DNA of 64,000 bases from Actinomycetota bacterium (GCA_036679125.1 JAZIGI010000004.1:5904-69903), one strand, 5' to 3'; counted from the first letter of the stretch, positions 27,868 through 36,635 are shown. A program made the numbers and translations. The notes: generated from the sequence alone by a model not told the origin.

Positions 27868-27887
27868 AGCGCCCTTCGGCGATTCTT

Positions 27888-28361
27888 TCAACGTCTCCCC
27901 AAGAACGAAATCAACCGCATCTTCAGAGCATCTAAGTCCTTGGTCTCGCACTCCCAAACCGTCAGCACATCCCATCCCATTTCACGGAGCATGCACTCAT
28001 TGCGCATGTCTCGCTCATGATTTGCGTTGAGCTTCGGCTCCCAGAAATCCAGCCGGCTCTTCGGCATGCGAGACAAGGCGCAACCAGGATGCCGATGCCA
28101 AAAACAACCATGCACGAAGATTACCTTGCGTCTTGGGCCAAAGACCAGGTCAGGCTTGCCCGGAAGTCCGGCTACGTGCAGTCGGTACCGATATCCAAGC
28201 GAATGGACGGCACGCCTCACGACCATTTCTGGCCGACTACCCTTCTGGGGCACTCTCGCCATGATCGAGCTTCGGACTTCACTCGATACCGTGTCCACGC
28301 GTTCACTCGTCTTCAGACCATGCGCATAATCTGGCACCGACAGGGCCCGCATGGACACCAT
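27888..28361 (-). CDS. vsr: Very-short-patch repair endonuclease
   Basis: RSSIMARVPQKGSRPEMVVRRAVHSLGYRYRLH..LPGKPDLVF...IFVHGCFWHRH..C...PKS...FW..K...N..RD...GW.VLTVWECE. The RBS GAGGAG lies 8 nt upstream. Confidence 0.9.
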   Translation of the reverse strand: MVSMRALSVPDYAHGLKTSERVDTVSSEVRSSIMARVPQKGSRPEMVVRRAVHSLGYRYRLHVAGLPGKPDLVFGPRRKVIFVHGCFWHRHPGCALSRMPKSRLDFWEPKLNANHERDMRNECMLREMGWDVLTVWECETKDLDALKMRLISFLGRR

Positions 28362-28653
28362 ATCGCAGACTCCTCGTTAGAGGAATGCTCGAAGTCAGCC
28401 CTGACAAGGCAGACGGTCCAGACCGACCAAGCATGCCCGAACTGTGAGTCCGTCGGCTGGAGGGCCGGATTCCAAACGACGGCCTGCGGGTCATGAGCTT
28501 TCGGTTCATGACTCCGCAATGCGGGAGCACCGAGATGACTTGTCCGCTCTGGAGCTTGCCCCTGCCGATGTCGCGTTGATCGCGGAGCTTCAGCGCCAGG
28601 GTATCTGGTAGCCTTCTTGAAGCTGGTTCACCACGCTCCTGAAAGGCCCCCGC

Positions 28654-29481
28654 ATGGACATCACCTCTCGCATCGCCGCCAATCACGCGCTCTGGCAGCG
28701 CTGGACCGCCCTGCACGTCCCGTCCGACTTCTACAATGTCGAGGACTTCATCGCTGACCCCGACGCCCGGCCGTTCGACTCGATCGTCGCCGACCTTGTC
28801 GGCAGCGATCTCTCCGGTCAGCGCGCGCTGCATCTGCAGTGCCACTTCGGCATGGACACGGTCCGCCTCGCACGCCTCGGCGCCGAGGCCACCGGCTTCG
28901 ACTTCTCCTCGGCGGCCATCGAGGCTGCGCGCGAGCTTGTCCGTCGCATGGACGTGCCGGCCACCTTCATCGAAGGCAACGTGCTCGAGCCGCCCGCGGA
29001 GCTCCCCGAGAACGCGTTCGACCTCATCTTCACGTCGTGGGGCGTGATCTCGTGGCTGCCCGATCTCGACCCGTGGGCGTGCACCATCGCGAGCCGTCTC
29101 GCGCTCGGCGGCGTGTTCAAGATCGCCGACATGCACCCCACGCTCTGGATCTTCGACGACGAGGCCGAGGATCCCACGCTCCGCGTGAAGTACTCGTACT
29201 TCCAGCGCGACGCGCTCGAGTGGGAGGAGCGCGGCAGCTACGCGGCGCCAGGCGAGGAGCTCGTAGGCGTCTCGCACTCCTGGCAGCACACCTTCGAGGA
29301 GATCGTCGGCTCGCTGGTGCGCGCTGGCCTGGTGATCGAGGACATGCGGGAGTTCCCGCTCATCGCGTGGCAGTTCACGCCGGGGATGGTGGAGCGCGAG
29401 GAGGGTCTCTTCGGCATGCCCGAGGGGCAGCCGGAGCTGCCGCTCACCTTCACGCTCACGGCGCGCAAGCCGCTGGGGTAG
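28654..29481 (+). CDS. Class I SAM-dependent methyltransferase
   Basis: 275 aa. ALHLQCHFGMDTVRLARLGAEATGFDFS (motif I region)...DLIFTSWGVISWLPD... The gene has backbone G+C. Confidence 0.85.
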   Translation: MDITSRIAANHALWQRWTALHVPSDFYNVEDFIADPDARPFDSIVADLVGSDLSGQRALHLQCHFGMDTVRLARLGAEATGFDFSSAAIEAARELVRRMDVPATFIEGNVLEPPAELPENAFDLIFTSWGVISWLPDLDPWACTIASRLALGGVFKIADMHPTLWIFDDEAEDPTLRVKYSYFQRDALEWEERGSYAAPGEELVGVSHSWQHTFEEIVGSLVRAGLVIEDMREFPLIAWQFTPGMVEREEGLFGMPEGQPELPLTFTLTARKPLG

Positions 29482-29488
29482 CTGCCCG

Positions 29489-31072
29489 CTACTGCACCTG
29501 GATGAGCTCGTCGGTAGGCGCGTGCGAGTCGGTGAGCAGCGGCACGTCGGCCACCTCGACGGGGCTGGAGTACAGGTCCTGCGCCATCTCCGCGAAACCG
29601 CTGATGGTCACCCGGCCATCCACTCGTGAGGCGATCGCGCCGAGCATGCGCGCGTCGTCGGCAGGTGCGTCGGTGGCGAGCACGATGATGTTGCGCATCG
29701 CGAGGGTGTTCCCGTCGGCGCCCAGACCGATGGGGAACACGCGGATCTGGCTCCACACACCCTCGGCGGTGCGGTACATGCTGCGGAAGAGCTTGCTGGC
29801 ATCTCCTTCAGGCGCAGAGATCACGTTGTACGCGATCACGCCGTCGGGCGACATCACCGCCTTCACCTCGCGCAGGAACTCCTCGGTGGTGAGGTGGAAC
29901 GGCAGCGCGTCGGAGTAGTAGGCGTCCACGATCACGATGTCGTACGTCTCGCCCGTGGTCTGCACGTAACGGCGTGCGTCCTCCACGAACACGCGGCTCC
30001 GCTCGTCTTCGGGCAGCCAGAAATACTTGCGCGCCACGTCTACCACCACCGGGTCGATCTCCACCGAGTCGACCGACACGCCCGGGTAGTCGCGCCAGAA
30101 GCGCTTGGTGATCGCGCCGCCGCCGAGGCCGAGCACCAGCACACGCTCGGCGTCGGGCTTGAGCGTGAGCGCCAGATGCATGTAGTCGGGGTAGCGGATG
30201 CGGCTCTCGTAGGGGTCGTCGAGCGAGATCGCGCTCTGGTGCGAGCGGTCGAACCGCAGGTGACGCGCACCGTCGCCCTCGGTCACCGTGATGCGGTGGT
30301 ACTGGGTGTCCTGCCGGAAGAGGACGGTCTCCCCCTGTTCGTTCACCGCAGGCGCCGGGGCCACGCGCCACAGCACGAATCCGCCGAGTGCGGTGGCGGC
30401 CACGCACAGCGCGATGGTGGCCGGCGCCACGGCGCGCGCCAGACGCGCATGGTGCTCGGCTGTTCCCTCGGCAGGCTGCTCCGGCCTCAGCGTGAGCGCC
30501 AGGAGCGCGATGCCGATGAGCACGAGCCCGGTCCAGACCACGAGCGGTTCGAGCGAGAGCATCGGGATCAGCCAGAACGACGTGGCGAGCGTGCCCACGA
30601 TGCTGCCGGCGGTGGAGACGGCGTACAGGTTGCCGGTGGAGCGACCCAGGCGCGCCATGCCGCCGCTTGCGGCGAGGCGCACGCCCAGCGGCGAGACCAT
30701 GGCGAGCAGGAGCGCCGGCACGAAGTAGATGGCGGTTGCTGCGGCGAGCGAACCGAGGCGCGGACCGAGGTCCGCCGCGGACGGCAGCACCCACTGCGAG
30801 AGCAGCGGCCCGGCGGCGGTGACCAGGCCTGCGGCGGCGATCACGGGCGGAAGCGAGCGGGCGGCGCCGAAGCGGTCGGCCAGCTGACCGCCGAGCGCGT
30901 AGCCGATGGAGAGCGCGATCATCACCACGGAGATCACGGCGCCCCACACATAGATGGAGTTGCCGAGGTACGGCGCGAGCACGCGCGCCGCTACCATCTC
31001 GAGTCCCATCAGCGCGGCCCCGCACCAGAAAATGATGAATCGCAGCATGTTTGCAGCTCCCGTCTCGCGCAT
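29489..31072 (-). CDS. Fused polytopic membrane / spermidine synthase-like protein
   Basis: The N-terminal ~200 aa are hydrophobic. The C-terminal part is RVLVLGLGGGAITKRF...DIVIVDAYYSD...PDGVIAYNV. The start is ATG 31072 or 31048. Confidence 0.8.
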   Translation of the reverse strand: MRETGAANMLRFIIFWCGAALMGLEMVAARVLAPYLGNSIYVWGAVISVVMIALSIGYALGGQLADRFGAARSLPPVIAAAGLVTAAGPLLSQWVLPSAADLGPRLGSLAAATAIYFVPALLLAMVSPLGVRLAASGGMARLGRSTGNLYAVSTAGSIVGTLATSFWLIPMLSLEPLVVWTGLVLIGIALLALTLRPEQPAEGTAEHHARLARAVAPATIALCVAATALGGFVLWRVAPAPAVNEQGETVLFRQDTQYHRITVTEGDGARHLRFDRSHQSAISLDDPYESRIRYPDYMHLALTLKPDAERVLVLGLGGGAITKRFWRDYPGVSVDSVEIDPVVVDVARKYFWLPEDERSRVFVEDARRYVQTTGETYDIVIVDAYYSDALPFHLTTEEFLREVKAVMSPDGVIAYNVISAPEGDASKLFRSMYRTAEGVWSQIRVFPIGLGADGNTLAMRNIIVLATDAPADDARMLGAIASRVDGRVTISGFAEMAQDLYSSPVEVADVPLLTDSHAPTDELIQVQ

Positions 31073-31346
31073 CACTGCGTCTCCATGCAACCTTCGGCGC
31101 AACTGGACAGGCTCCTGCCGTATCCGAGTTCTATCGAGCTACCTCCTGGTGAGTCATCGAAACTGCTCATCATGAACAGGGGACTATGCGATTACCCATG
31201 GACAACCAATGGATGCTGTGCTAGATAGGGCCTGCGGCCCAATGGCCGTTTGCGGCGCGCACCGTGTCATTTCGCGTTTACGTCGAGACAGGGTGTCGGG
31301 TTCGGGCTTCGCCTCACGGAGCCGTCGGTACTGGGGGAATACGAAT

Positions 31347-32258
31347 ATGTCTTCTTTGTTGAGCGTCGCGGCGCTCGATGTCCGGCGTATCGTCACGTCC
31401 CGAGGGACGGCCGTCCTGTTGGTGATTGCGCTCACGATCATGGGATACCAGACCGTGACCGCCGCACACACGATCGGCTACGCCGTGAGCCCCAGCCTGA
31501 TGGATACTTCGGGATTCCAAGCGTTTGTCGAGCCGACGCCCCCCCATTTCTCAGGCGGCGAGGTGCTCGCCCATGAAGCCTCCCCAAGCGTGCGATTTGC
31601 CACGTCCTTGTGGTACCTGGACTACCTTGCGCTGGCGGCGCTTGTCGTGTTTGGAGGGTTCTTCGCCCGCGACACCCAAGCTGGGTACGACCTGGTGCGC
31701 CGCTCCCGGGGCCTATCTGCGGGGTCTCTGTTTGCCGCAAACGTACTGAGCGTGATCGCAGTCTCTTTCTCCTTCTCGGTGATCGGCGTTCTCGCGCTCT
31801 ATCTCGTATGCCTCGCGGTGAATCCGCAGAGCATGAACTCGCTTGCACAGGGGCAGATGATGCTCGAGCAGGTTCTGTTCCTCCCGCAGTTCGCCGCCAG
31901 CCGGCCGCTGCTCTATGCCGGTTTCTTCGTGCTCATCTACACGGGCATACTCAGCTTCCTTGGCGTACTCGGCCTGCTCATCGCACGTCTTACACGCAGT
32001 GTGGTTATCGCCGCAGTGGCACCCGCCGGCTTCTTGTATGTACTTGGCGGATTCGTAGCGGCACGACTCCCAGGGGTCTTCGTTGTGTTCGCGTACGACA
32101 ACCTCTCGATTGCCACACGGAGCATCACCAGCATGTCAGTCATGCGGCAGTATGTCGCACCGTACTTCATGTGGATCGTGGTGCTGGTGGCGTTGGGTCT
32201 GTCGCTGCCGCTGATCAGTCCAGGAGTCAGGAGGTTGTGGCTGTGGCCGAGTCGATAG
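31347..32258 (+). CDS. ABC-2-type transporter permease-like membrane protein
   Basis: Trimmed to ATG 31347 (GGGGGA RBS). 303 aa with about six hydrophobic segments. It overlaps the ATPase gene. G+C is lower than in the backbone. Confidence 0.65.
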   Translation: MSSLLSVAALDVRRIVTSRGTAVLLVIALTIMGYQTVTAAHTIGYAVSPSLMDTSGFQAFVEPTPPHFSGGEVLAHEASPSVRFATSLWYLDYLALAALVVFGGFFARDTQAGYDLVRRSRGLSAGSLFAANVLSVIAVSFSFSVIGVLALYLVCLAVNPQSMNSLAQGQMMLEQVLFLPQFAASRPLLYAGFFVLIYTGILSFLGVLGLLIARLTRSVVIAAVAPAGFLYVLGGFVAARLPGVFVVFAYDNLSIATRSITSMSVMRQYVAPYFMWIVVLVALGLSLPLISPGVRRLWLWPSR

Positions 32259-32950
32259 TGGAGGCCCGTGGGCTCAGGAAGTCCTTCCGGGGGCGGCAGG
32301 TCTTGAAGGGCGTCGACATCGAGATCCATGAGCGTGAGGTCGTGGGGTTGGTGGGGCTTAATGGCAGCGGCAAGAGCACGCTGCTGAAGATTCTTGCCTG
32401 CGCGGTTGCCCCCGATGCCGGACATGGGCGCGCATGCGGCGTTGCCCTTGGCGGCAGCCGCAGTCCTGTTTGCGGATACATGATGGAGCACCCGCCCTTC
32501 ATAGAGAACTTCTCCGGACTACAGAACCTCCTCGCGTTGGCGGACATGAGTGGCACAGTCACACGCTCGGAAGTCGAGGCCACGCTCCGCCGTGTCTGTC
32601 TTGACCCCGGTGACCGCACGCACGTGCGGCGCTTCTCTCAAGGGATGCGGCAGAGACTCGGTCTTGCTCAGGCACTCATGGAGAAGCCGCCCCTGCTGCT
32701 GCTCGACGAGCCCCTGAACGGGCTCGACCCGTCCGGGATTCTCGATGTTCGACGAATCATCTCCGAGTCGGCGGCACAGGGCGCGACCGTGCTGTTCTCA
32801 AGCCACGTACTCTCAGAGGTGCAGAGGCTATGTGACCGCGTACTCGTCCTGAATGATGGGGTGATCATCGAGCTCGGCGGAGACTGTCTCTCCACGTGTG
32901 ACGCGTTGGAGTCAGCATATCGAGATACGACGGGCTACGCGCGTGCGTAG
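32243..32950 (+). CDS. ABC transporter ATP-binding protein
   Basis: This is the C-terminal part of ORF 31610..32950. GTG 32243 lies 8 nt after GGAGG. Motifs: GLNGSGKST (Walker A), FSQGMRQRLGLA (signature), LLLLDEP (Walker B). Confidence 0.9.
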   Translation: MAESIVEARGLRKSFRGRQVLKGVDIEIHEREVVGLVGLNGSGKSTLLKILACAVAPDAGHGRACGVALGGSRSPVCGYMMEHPPFIENFSGLQNLLALADMSGTVTRSEVEATLRRVCLDPGDRTHVRRFSQGMRQRLGLAQALMEKPPLLLLDEPLNGLDPSGILDVRRIISESAAQGATVLFSSHVLSEVQRLCDRVLVLNDGVIIELGGDCLSTCDALESAYRDTTGYARA

Positions 32951-34370
32951 GGAAGAGTGGGCACTGCTCGTCTCCGAAGTCAGGCGCCGAGTCGTCTCAT
33001 ACAAGTACGGCGTGGTCTTGTTCGTCATGACCTCCTTCATCTGGTCGACGGTCAACCAGATGAAGGCATTCGAGGCCAGCACCGGTGTCGGGTACAACGC
33101 CTGGGACGTCTTCATCGGTCTGTTCGGAAACACGTATAGCGCGCTCACCTCCACTGTCGTGTTCACATTGCTGTTCATCTTCCTTCTCGGTTCGAGCGTG
33201 CAGGAGGACGTTGCATCCGGGTACTCCGTGCTCGTACAGTCGCGACTTTCGCGCAAGAACTCCTACTGGTGGATCAAGATGCTCGTTGTGCCGATAGTCG
33301 TTGGTACGACTGTCGCCGCGCTTCTGGCCATTTCGCTCGTCATGGGAGCAACTCGAGGCCTGCCCGTTCTCCCGGCGACGCTCTCGGAGGCCGGTGTCCA
33401 TCCGGACGCGTGGGGTATCGCGCCAGCGGGGACCCCACCGATCTACTACTCGTTGCCCTCCGGCACATCGGTGGTCCTGCATGGACTCTTGATCGCGCTG
33501 TACTTCTCGTTCGCATACACGTCGGTGACTGTCTTCACGATCGGCACTGCTGCGAGATCCCGAAGCTCCTACACGCCTCTCGCCTCCGGGGTCCTCTTCA
33601 TGGGACTCAACCTCGCGGCGGCCACTGCAGCCCCAGACAGCATATACAGCGTCACCCTGATCAGCGCACTGACAGAAAGCAGCCATCGGCCGATCCCGCT
33701 GATGGACAGTCCGGTGTACTACTCCGTCCCGTGGTCCCACAGCCTTCTCCTGCTCTTGGCGCTGCTCATCATCGGGCTGCTCATCGGCTATGCGATCACG
33801 CCAACCCGAAGGGCTTCTTTGAGAGGCGCACGGTTGCCACGGGCGGTGGCACTCGTGCTTATCGCGGTCCTCGCGATGCCGGCTGCGGGATGCGTCGAGT
33901 TGCCTGAGGGCGTGACGTACGAGCAGTTCATCGGGGCCGCATACCCCCAGGTCCCTGATGTGCGGCTTGAGGGTCTGACCCAAGCTGACATCGACTACGT
34001 GAGGACTGTGGCCCGGCAAACGGTTCGCCTGAGGGACGCCGTCGCGGACCTCAACGCTGTCTGGGGTTCTCAGAACCTGCATGCCAGCGAAGTTGAGGTG
34101 AACCGCATGCTGTCTGATCGCCTTGATACCCTCGATGAGCTTATCCGAGAGACGCGGGCAATCGAAGTGCCACCGACACTCGAAGACTGGTTCGCGCTGC
34201 AGTATGGGCCGGGGCTTGACGAGTTGCAGTACGTCGTCGACAACCTCCAGTCACTTCATGAGCGGCACGACCATGTAGGAATCAAGATGTGTCTCAAGCA
34301 CGTCTGGTATGCGGACACGTACTTCTCTGCTGCAGCGGAGAGCGTCACTGGGTTCATGCCGAGTGAATAG
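32943..34370 (+). CDS. Large polytopic membrane protein with a C-terminal extracytoplasmic domain (ABC-2/immunity-like)
   Basis: GTG 32943 overlaps the ATPase stop. There are about 7 hydrophobic segments over ~300 aa, then a soluble ~150-aa tail. The start is uncertain. Confidence 0.65.
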   Translation: MRREEWALLVSEVRRRVVSYKYGVVLFVMTSFIWSTVNQMKAFEASTGVGYNAWDVFIGLFGNTYSALTSTVVFTLLFIFLLGSSVQEDVASGYSVLVQSRLSRKNSYWWIKMLVVPIVVGTTVAALLAISLVMGATRGLPVLPATLSEAGVHPDAWGIAPAGTPPIYYSLPSGTSVVLHGLLIALYFSFAYTSVTVFTIGTAARSRSSYTPLASGVLFMGLNLAAATAAPDSIYSVTLISALTESSHRPIPLMDSPVYYSVPWSHSLLLLLALLIIGLLIGYAITPTRRASLRGARLPRAVALVLIAVLAMPAAGCVELPEGVTYEQFIGAAYPQVPDVRLEGLTQADIDYVRTVARQTVRLRDAVADLNAVWGSQNLHASEVEVNRMLSDRLDTLDELIRETRAIEVPPTLEDWFALQYGPGLDELQYVVDNLQSLHERHDHVGIKMCLKHVWYADTYFSAAAESVTGFMPSE

Positions 34371-34446
34371 GAGGTGAGGACTGGGGGACTTGCCATGAAA
34401 GGATGACCGGAACGAGTGAGGGGAAATCACGAAACGGCATAGGCTC

Positions 34447-34821
34447 GTGATCGCACTGGCGATCGTCATGGTATTGGGAAGCAGCCAGGCTGCCTTCGCA
34501 ACATCGCAGTACTATCACTTCCACAACAACGTGCCCCGCACGGGCTGGCTGAGCTCTTCATACAAGACCTTGCCGGCCAACACCAACTTCACCACCACTC
34601 TCAACAGCTGTGTTGCCACGAACGGTAGTTCAGAGGGCTCTAAGGGCGTCCTGATGAAGCCGGTTCGCTCCAACGGCACGCAGTACTCGTACAAGACGGT
34701 GCTTCCTGGCGAAGCTCGGAAGCTCCTGCTCGGCTCCGTCGGGTACTCACGGTCGATCCGCATCGATCTTCAGGCCGTGGGAACCTCGGCGGTTGACTGC
34801 ACGGGGTACTGGTACTTCTAG
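34447..34821 (+). CDS. Small secreted protein with two Cys and an aromatic C-terminus (possible lactococcin-972-like bacteriocin)
   Basis: GTG start. The signal-like part is IALAIVMVLGSSQAAFA / TSQYYHF... The mature ~105 aa are rich in S/T/N/G/Y and end in CTGYWYF. The RBS is weak. Confidence 0.6.
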   Translation: MIALAIVMVLGSSQAAFATSQYYHFHNNVPRTGWLSSSYKTLPANTNFTTTLNSCVATNGSSEGSKGVLMKPVRSNGTQYSYKTVLPGEARKLLLGSVGYSRSIRIDLQAVGTSAVDCTGYWYF

Positions 34822-35077
34822 AAGGTTCGGTTCTCTGCTTCCGGCGCCCGGAGTGCTCACCTCGGTGGTGCACATCCCGGCGCCCCGACATACCAGGATT
34901 AATCTGCGGCAACCACCCATCGGGGCAGAGCGAACAACCCCGTCAACGCCCCCCCACGACGGTCCTGTGAGGGTTCGAGCGGCGCAGGTCCGAAAAGATG
35001 CGCGCGTCGTTGTCCTGCGCGATACTCGTACCTGCGACAGAGCATCGGCCAATCGCTCCACGGCGCGAGGGGGCACC

Positions 35078-36598
35078 ATGTCTGAACCACTTCCCGGACT
35101 GCTCATCGGCAAGGCGGGCGGCGATGTCTCGCTGCTGCCCGCGATGGCCAACCGCCACGGACTCGTGGCCGGCGCCACCGGTACCGGCAAGACGGTGACC
35201 CTGCAGGTGCTCGCCGAGGCGTTCAGCTCGATCGGCGTGCCGGTGTTCGCCGCCGACATGAAGGGCGACCTCTCAGGAATCTCGCAGGCCGGCGCGATGA
35301 ACCCCAAGATCGAGGAGCGCGTTGCCAAGATGGGCCTCGGCGAGTGGAGCTTCTACGGCTCACCGGTGACGTTCTGGGACGTCTTTGGCGAGAACGGGCA
35401 CCCCATCCGCACCACTGTGTCCGAGGTAGGCCCGCTGCTCCTCGGTCGCATGCTCAACCTGAACGACACGCAGGAGGCTGTGCTCACGATCGCCTTCCGT
35501 GTTGCCGACGAGAACGGCCTCTTGCTGCTCGACATCAAGGACCTCCGCGCGATGCTCAAGTACGTGTCCGACAACGCGCGCGAGATCGGGAGCACGTACG
35601 GCAACGTCTCGCCCGCGAGCGTGGGCGCCATCCAGCGCTCGCTGCTCGCGCTCGAGGAGCAGGGCGGCGACCTCTTCTTTGGCGAGCCGGCGCTCGATCT
35701 GTTCGACTTCATCCAGATCGACGGCAACGGCAAGGGCATGGTGAACATCCTCGCCGCCGACAAGCTCATGAGCTCCCCGCGCCTGTACTCCACGATGCTG
35801 CTTTGGCTGCTCTCCGAGCTCTTCGAGCGGCTGCCTGAGGCGGGCGACCTGCCCAAGCCCAAGCTCGTGTTCTTCTTCGATGAGGCGCACATGCTCTTTG
35901 ACGACGCGCCGGACGCGCTGCTCACTAAGATCGAGCAGGTCGTGCGGCTCATCCGCTCCAAGGGCGTGGGCGTGTACTTCGTCACGCAGAACCCCATCGA
36001 CATCCCTGACACCGTGCTCGCCCAGTGCGGCAACAAGGTGCAGCACGCGCTGCGCGCCTACACGCCACGCGAGGCCAAGGCCGTGAAGGCGATGGCCGAG
36101 ACGTTCCGGCCCAACCCCGCGCTCGGCGATGTGGAGGCCACGGTCACCGAGCTCAAGGTGGGCGAGGCGCTCGTGTCGTTCCTGCAGGCCGACGGCTCGC
36201 CGATGCCCGTGGAGCGCGCGATGATCGTGCCGCCGCACGGCCGCATCGGCGCGATCGCACCGGCCGAGCGTCAGGCGATCATCGCCGGCTCGCTCATCGC
36301 CGGCCACTACGAGGCTGTCGTGGATCGCGAGAGCGCCTACGAGCTGCTCAAGGCGCGTGCCGAGGCGGAGATCGCGGCCGAGCAGCAGGCGGCCGCGGCA
36401 GCCGAGGCCGCGAAGCTCGAGGTGACCGTGCCCAGACCCAAGCCTGCGGCGAAGAAGCCGCGTGCGGCGTCCTCGTCACGCAAGGACACGCCGCTCGAGG
36501 CGTTCACCAAGAGCGCCACTCGCGCTATCGGCAGCCAGGTGGGCCGGCAGATAGCGCGCGGCATCCTGGGTACCATCCTCGGAGGGTCCAAGCGATAG
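35078..36598 (+). CDS. HerA-like ATPase, DUF853 (YjgR) family
   Basis: Trimmed to ATG 35078 (MSEPLPGLLIGKAGG). Motifs: GATGTGKT (Walker A), VFFFDEAH (Walker B). The C-terminal tail is basic. Confidence 0.85.
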   Translation: MSEPLPGLLIGKAGGDVSLLPAMANRHGLVAGATGTGKTVTLQVLAEAFSSIGVPVFAADMKGDLSGISQAGAMNPKIEERVAKMGLGEWSFYGSPVTFWDVFGENGHPIRTTVSEVGPLLLGRMLNLNDTQEAVLTIAFRVADENGLLLLDIKDLRAMLKYVSDNAREIGSTYGNVSPASVGAIQRSLLALEEQGGDLFFGEPALDLFDFIQIDGNGKGMVNILAADKLMSSPRLYSTMLLWLLSELFERLPEAGDLPKPKLVFFFDEAHMLFDDAPDALLTKIEQVVRLIRSKGVGVYFVTQNPIDIPDTVLAQCGNKVQHALRAYTPREAKAVKAMAETFRPNPALGDVEATVTELKVGEALVSFLQADGSPMPVERAMIVPPHGRIGAIAPAERQAIIAGSLIAGHYEAVVDRESAYELLKARAEAEIAAEQQAAAAAEAAKLEVTVPRPKPAAKKPRAASSSRKDTPLEAFTKSATRAIGSQVGRQIARGILGTILGGSKR

Positions 36599-36635
36599 GC
36601 GCTGCGGGGGCGGCGCCTCGAAGGAGCGTGGCACG

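Larger units (their letters stand above)
22276..28361 (-). other. Low-G+C accessory island: five-gene operon vsr-dcm-MORC-like ATPase-Mrr::helicase-unknown (candidate defence system)
   Basis: The five genes are co-directional, with ATGA overlaps at 22839-22842 and 24494-24497. Sampled 60-nt lines are 47-53% G+C, against 70-75% in flanking backbone lines (hand counts on a few lines only). Confidence 0.7.

Noticed and set aside
22144-28473. GGATTCC(g/a)AA in both island flanks (22144 and 28467), considered as att-type direct repeats.
   Set aside because: Only 7 contiguous identical bases match, which is easily expected by chance in ~290-bp flanks.
28405-28611. An open frame ending ...MREHRDDLSALELAPADVALIAELQRQGIW*, considered as a remnant HTH of a transposase or recombinase at the island's right border.
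   Set aside because: It is only ~30-68 codons, with no RBS. The upstream part is Arg/Pro/Ser-rich, and the HTH resemblance is too vague to call a pseudogene without a database hit.
31610-32242. The N-terminal 210 aa of the 446-aa ORF that ends in the ABC ATPase.
   Set aside because: It is an Arg/Pro-rich alternative frame of the permease gene. The ATPase has its own GGAGG-GTG start at 32243.
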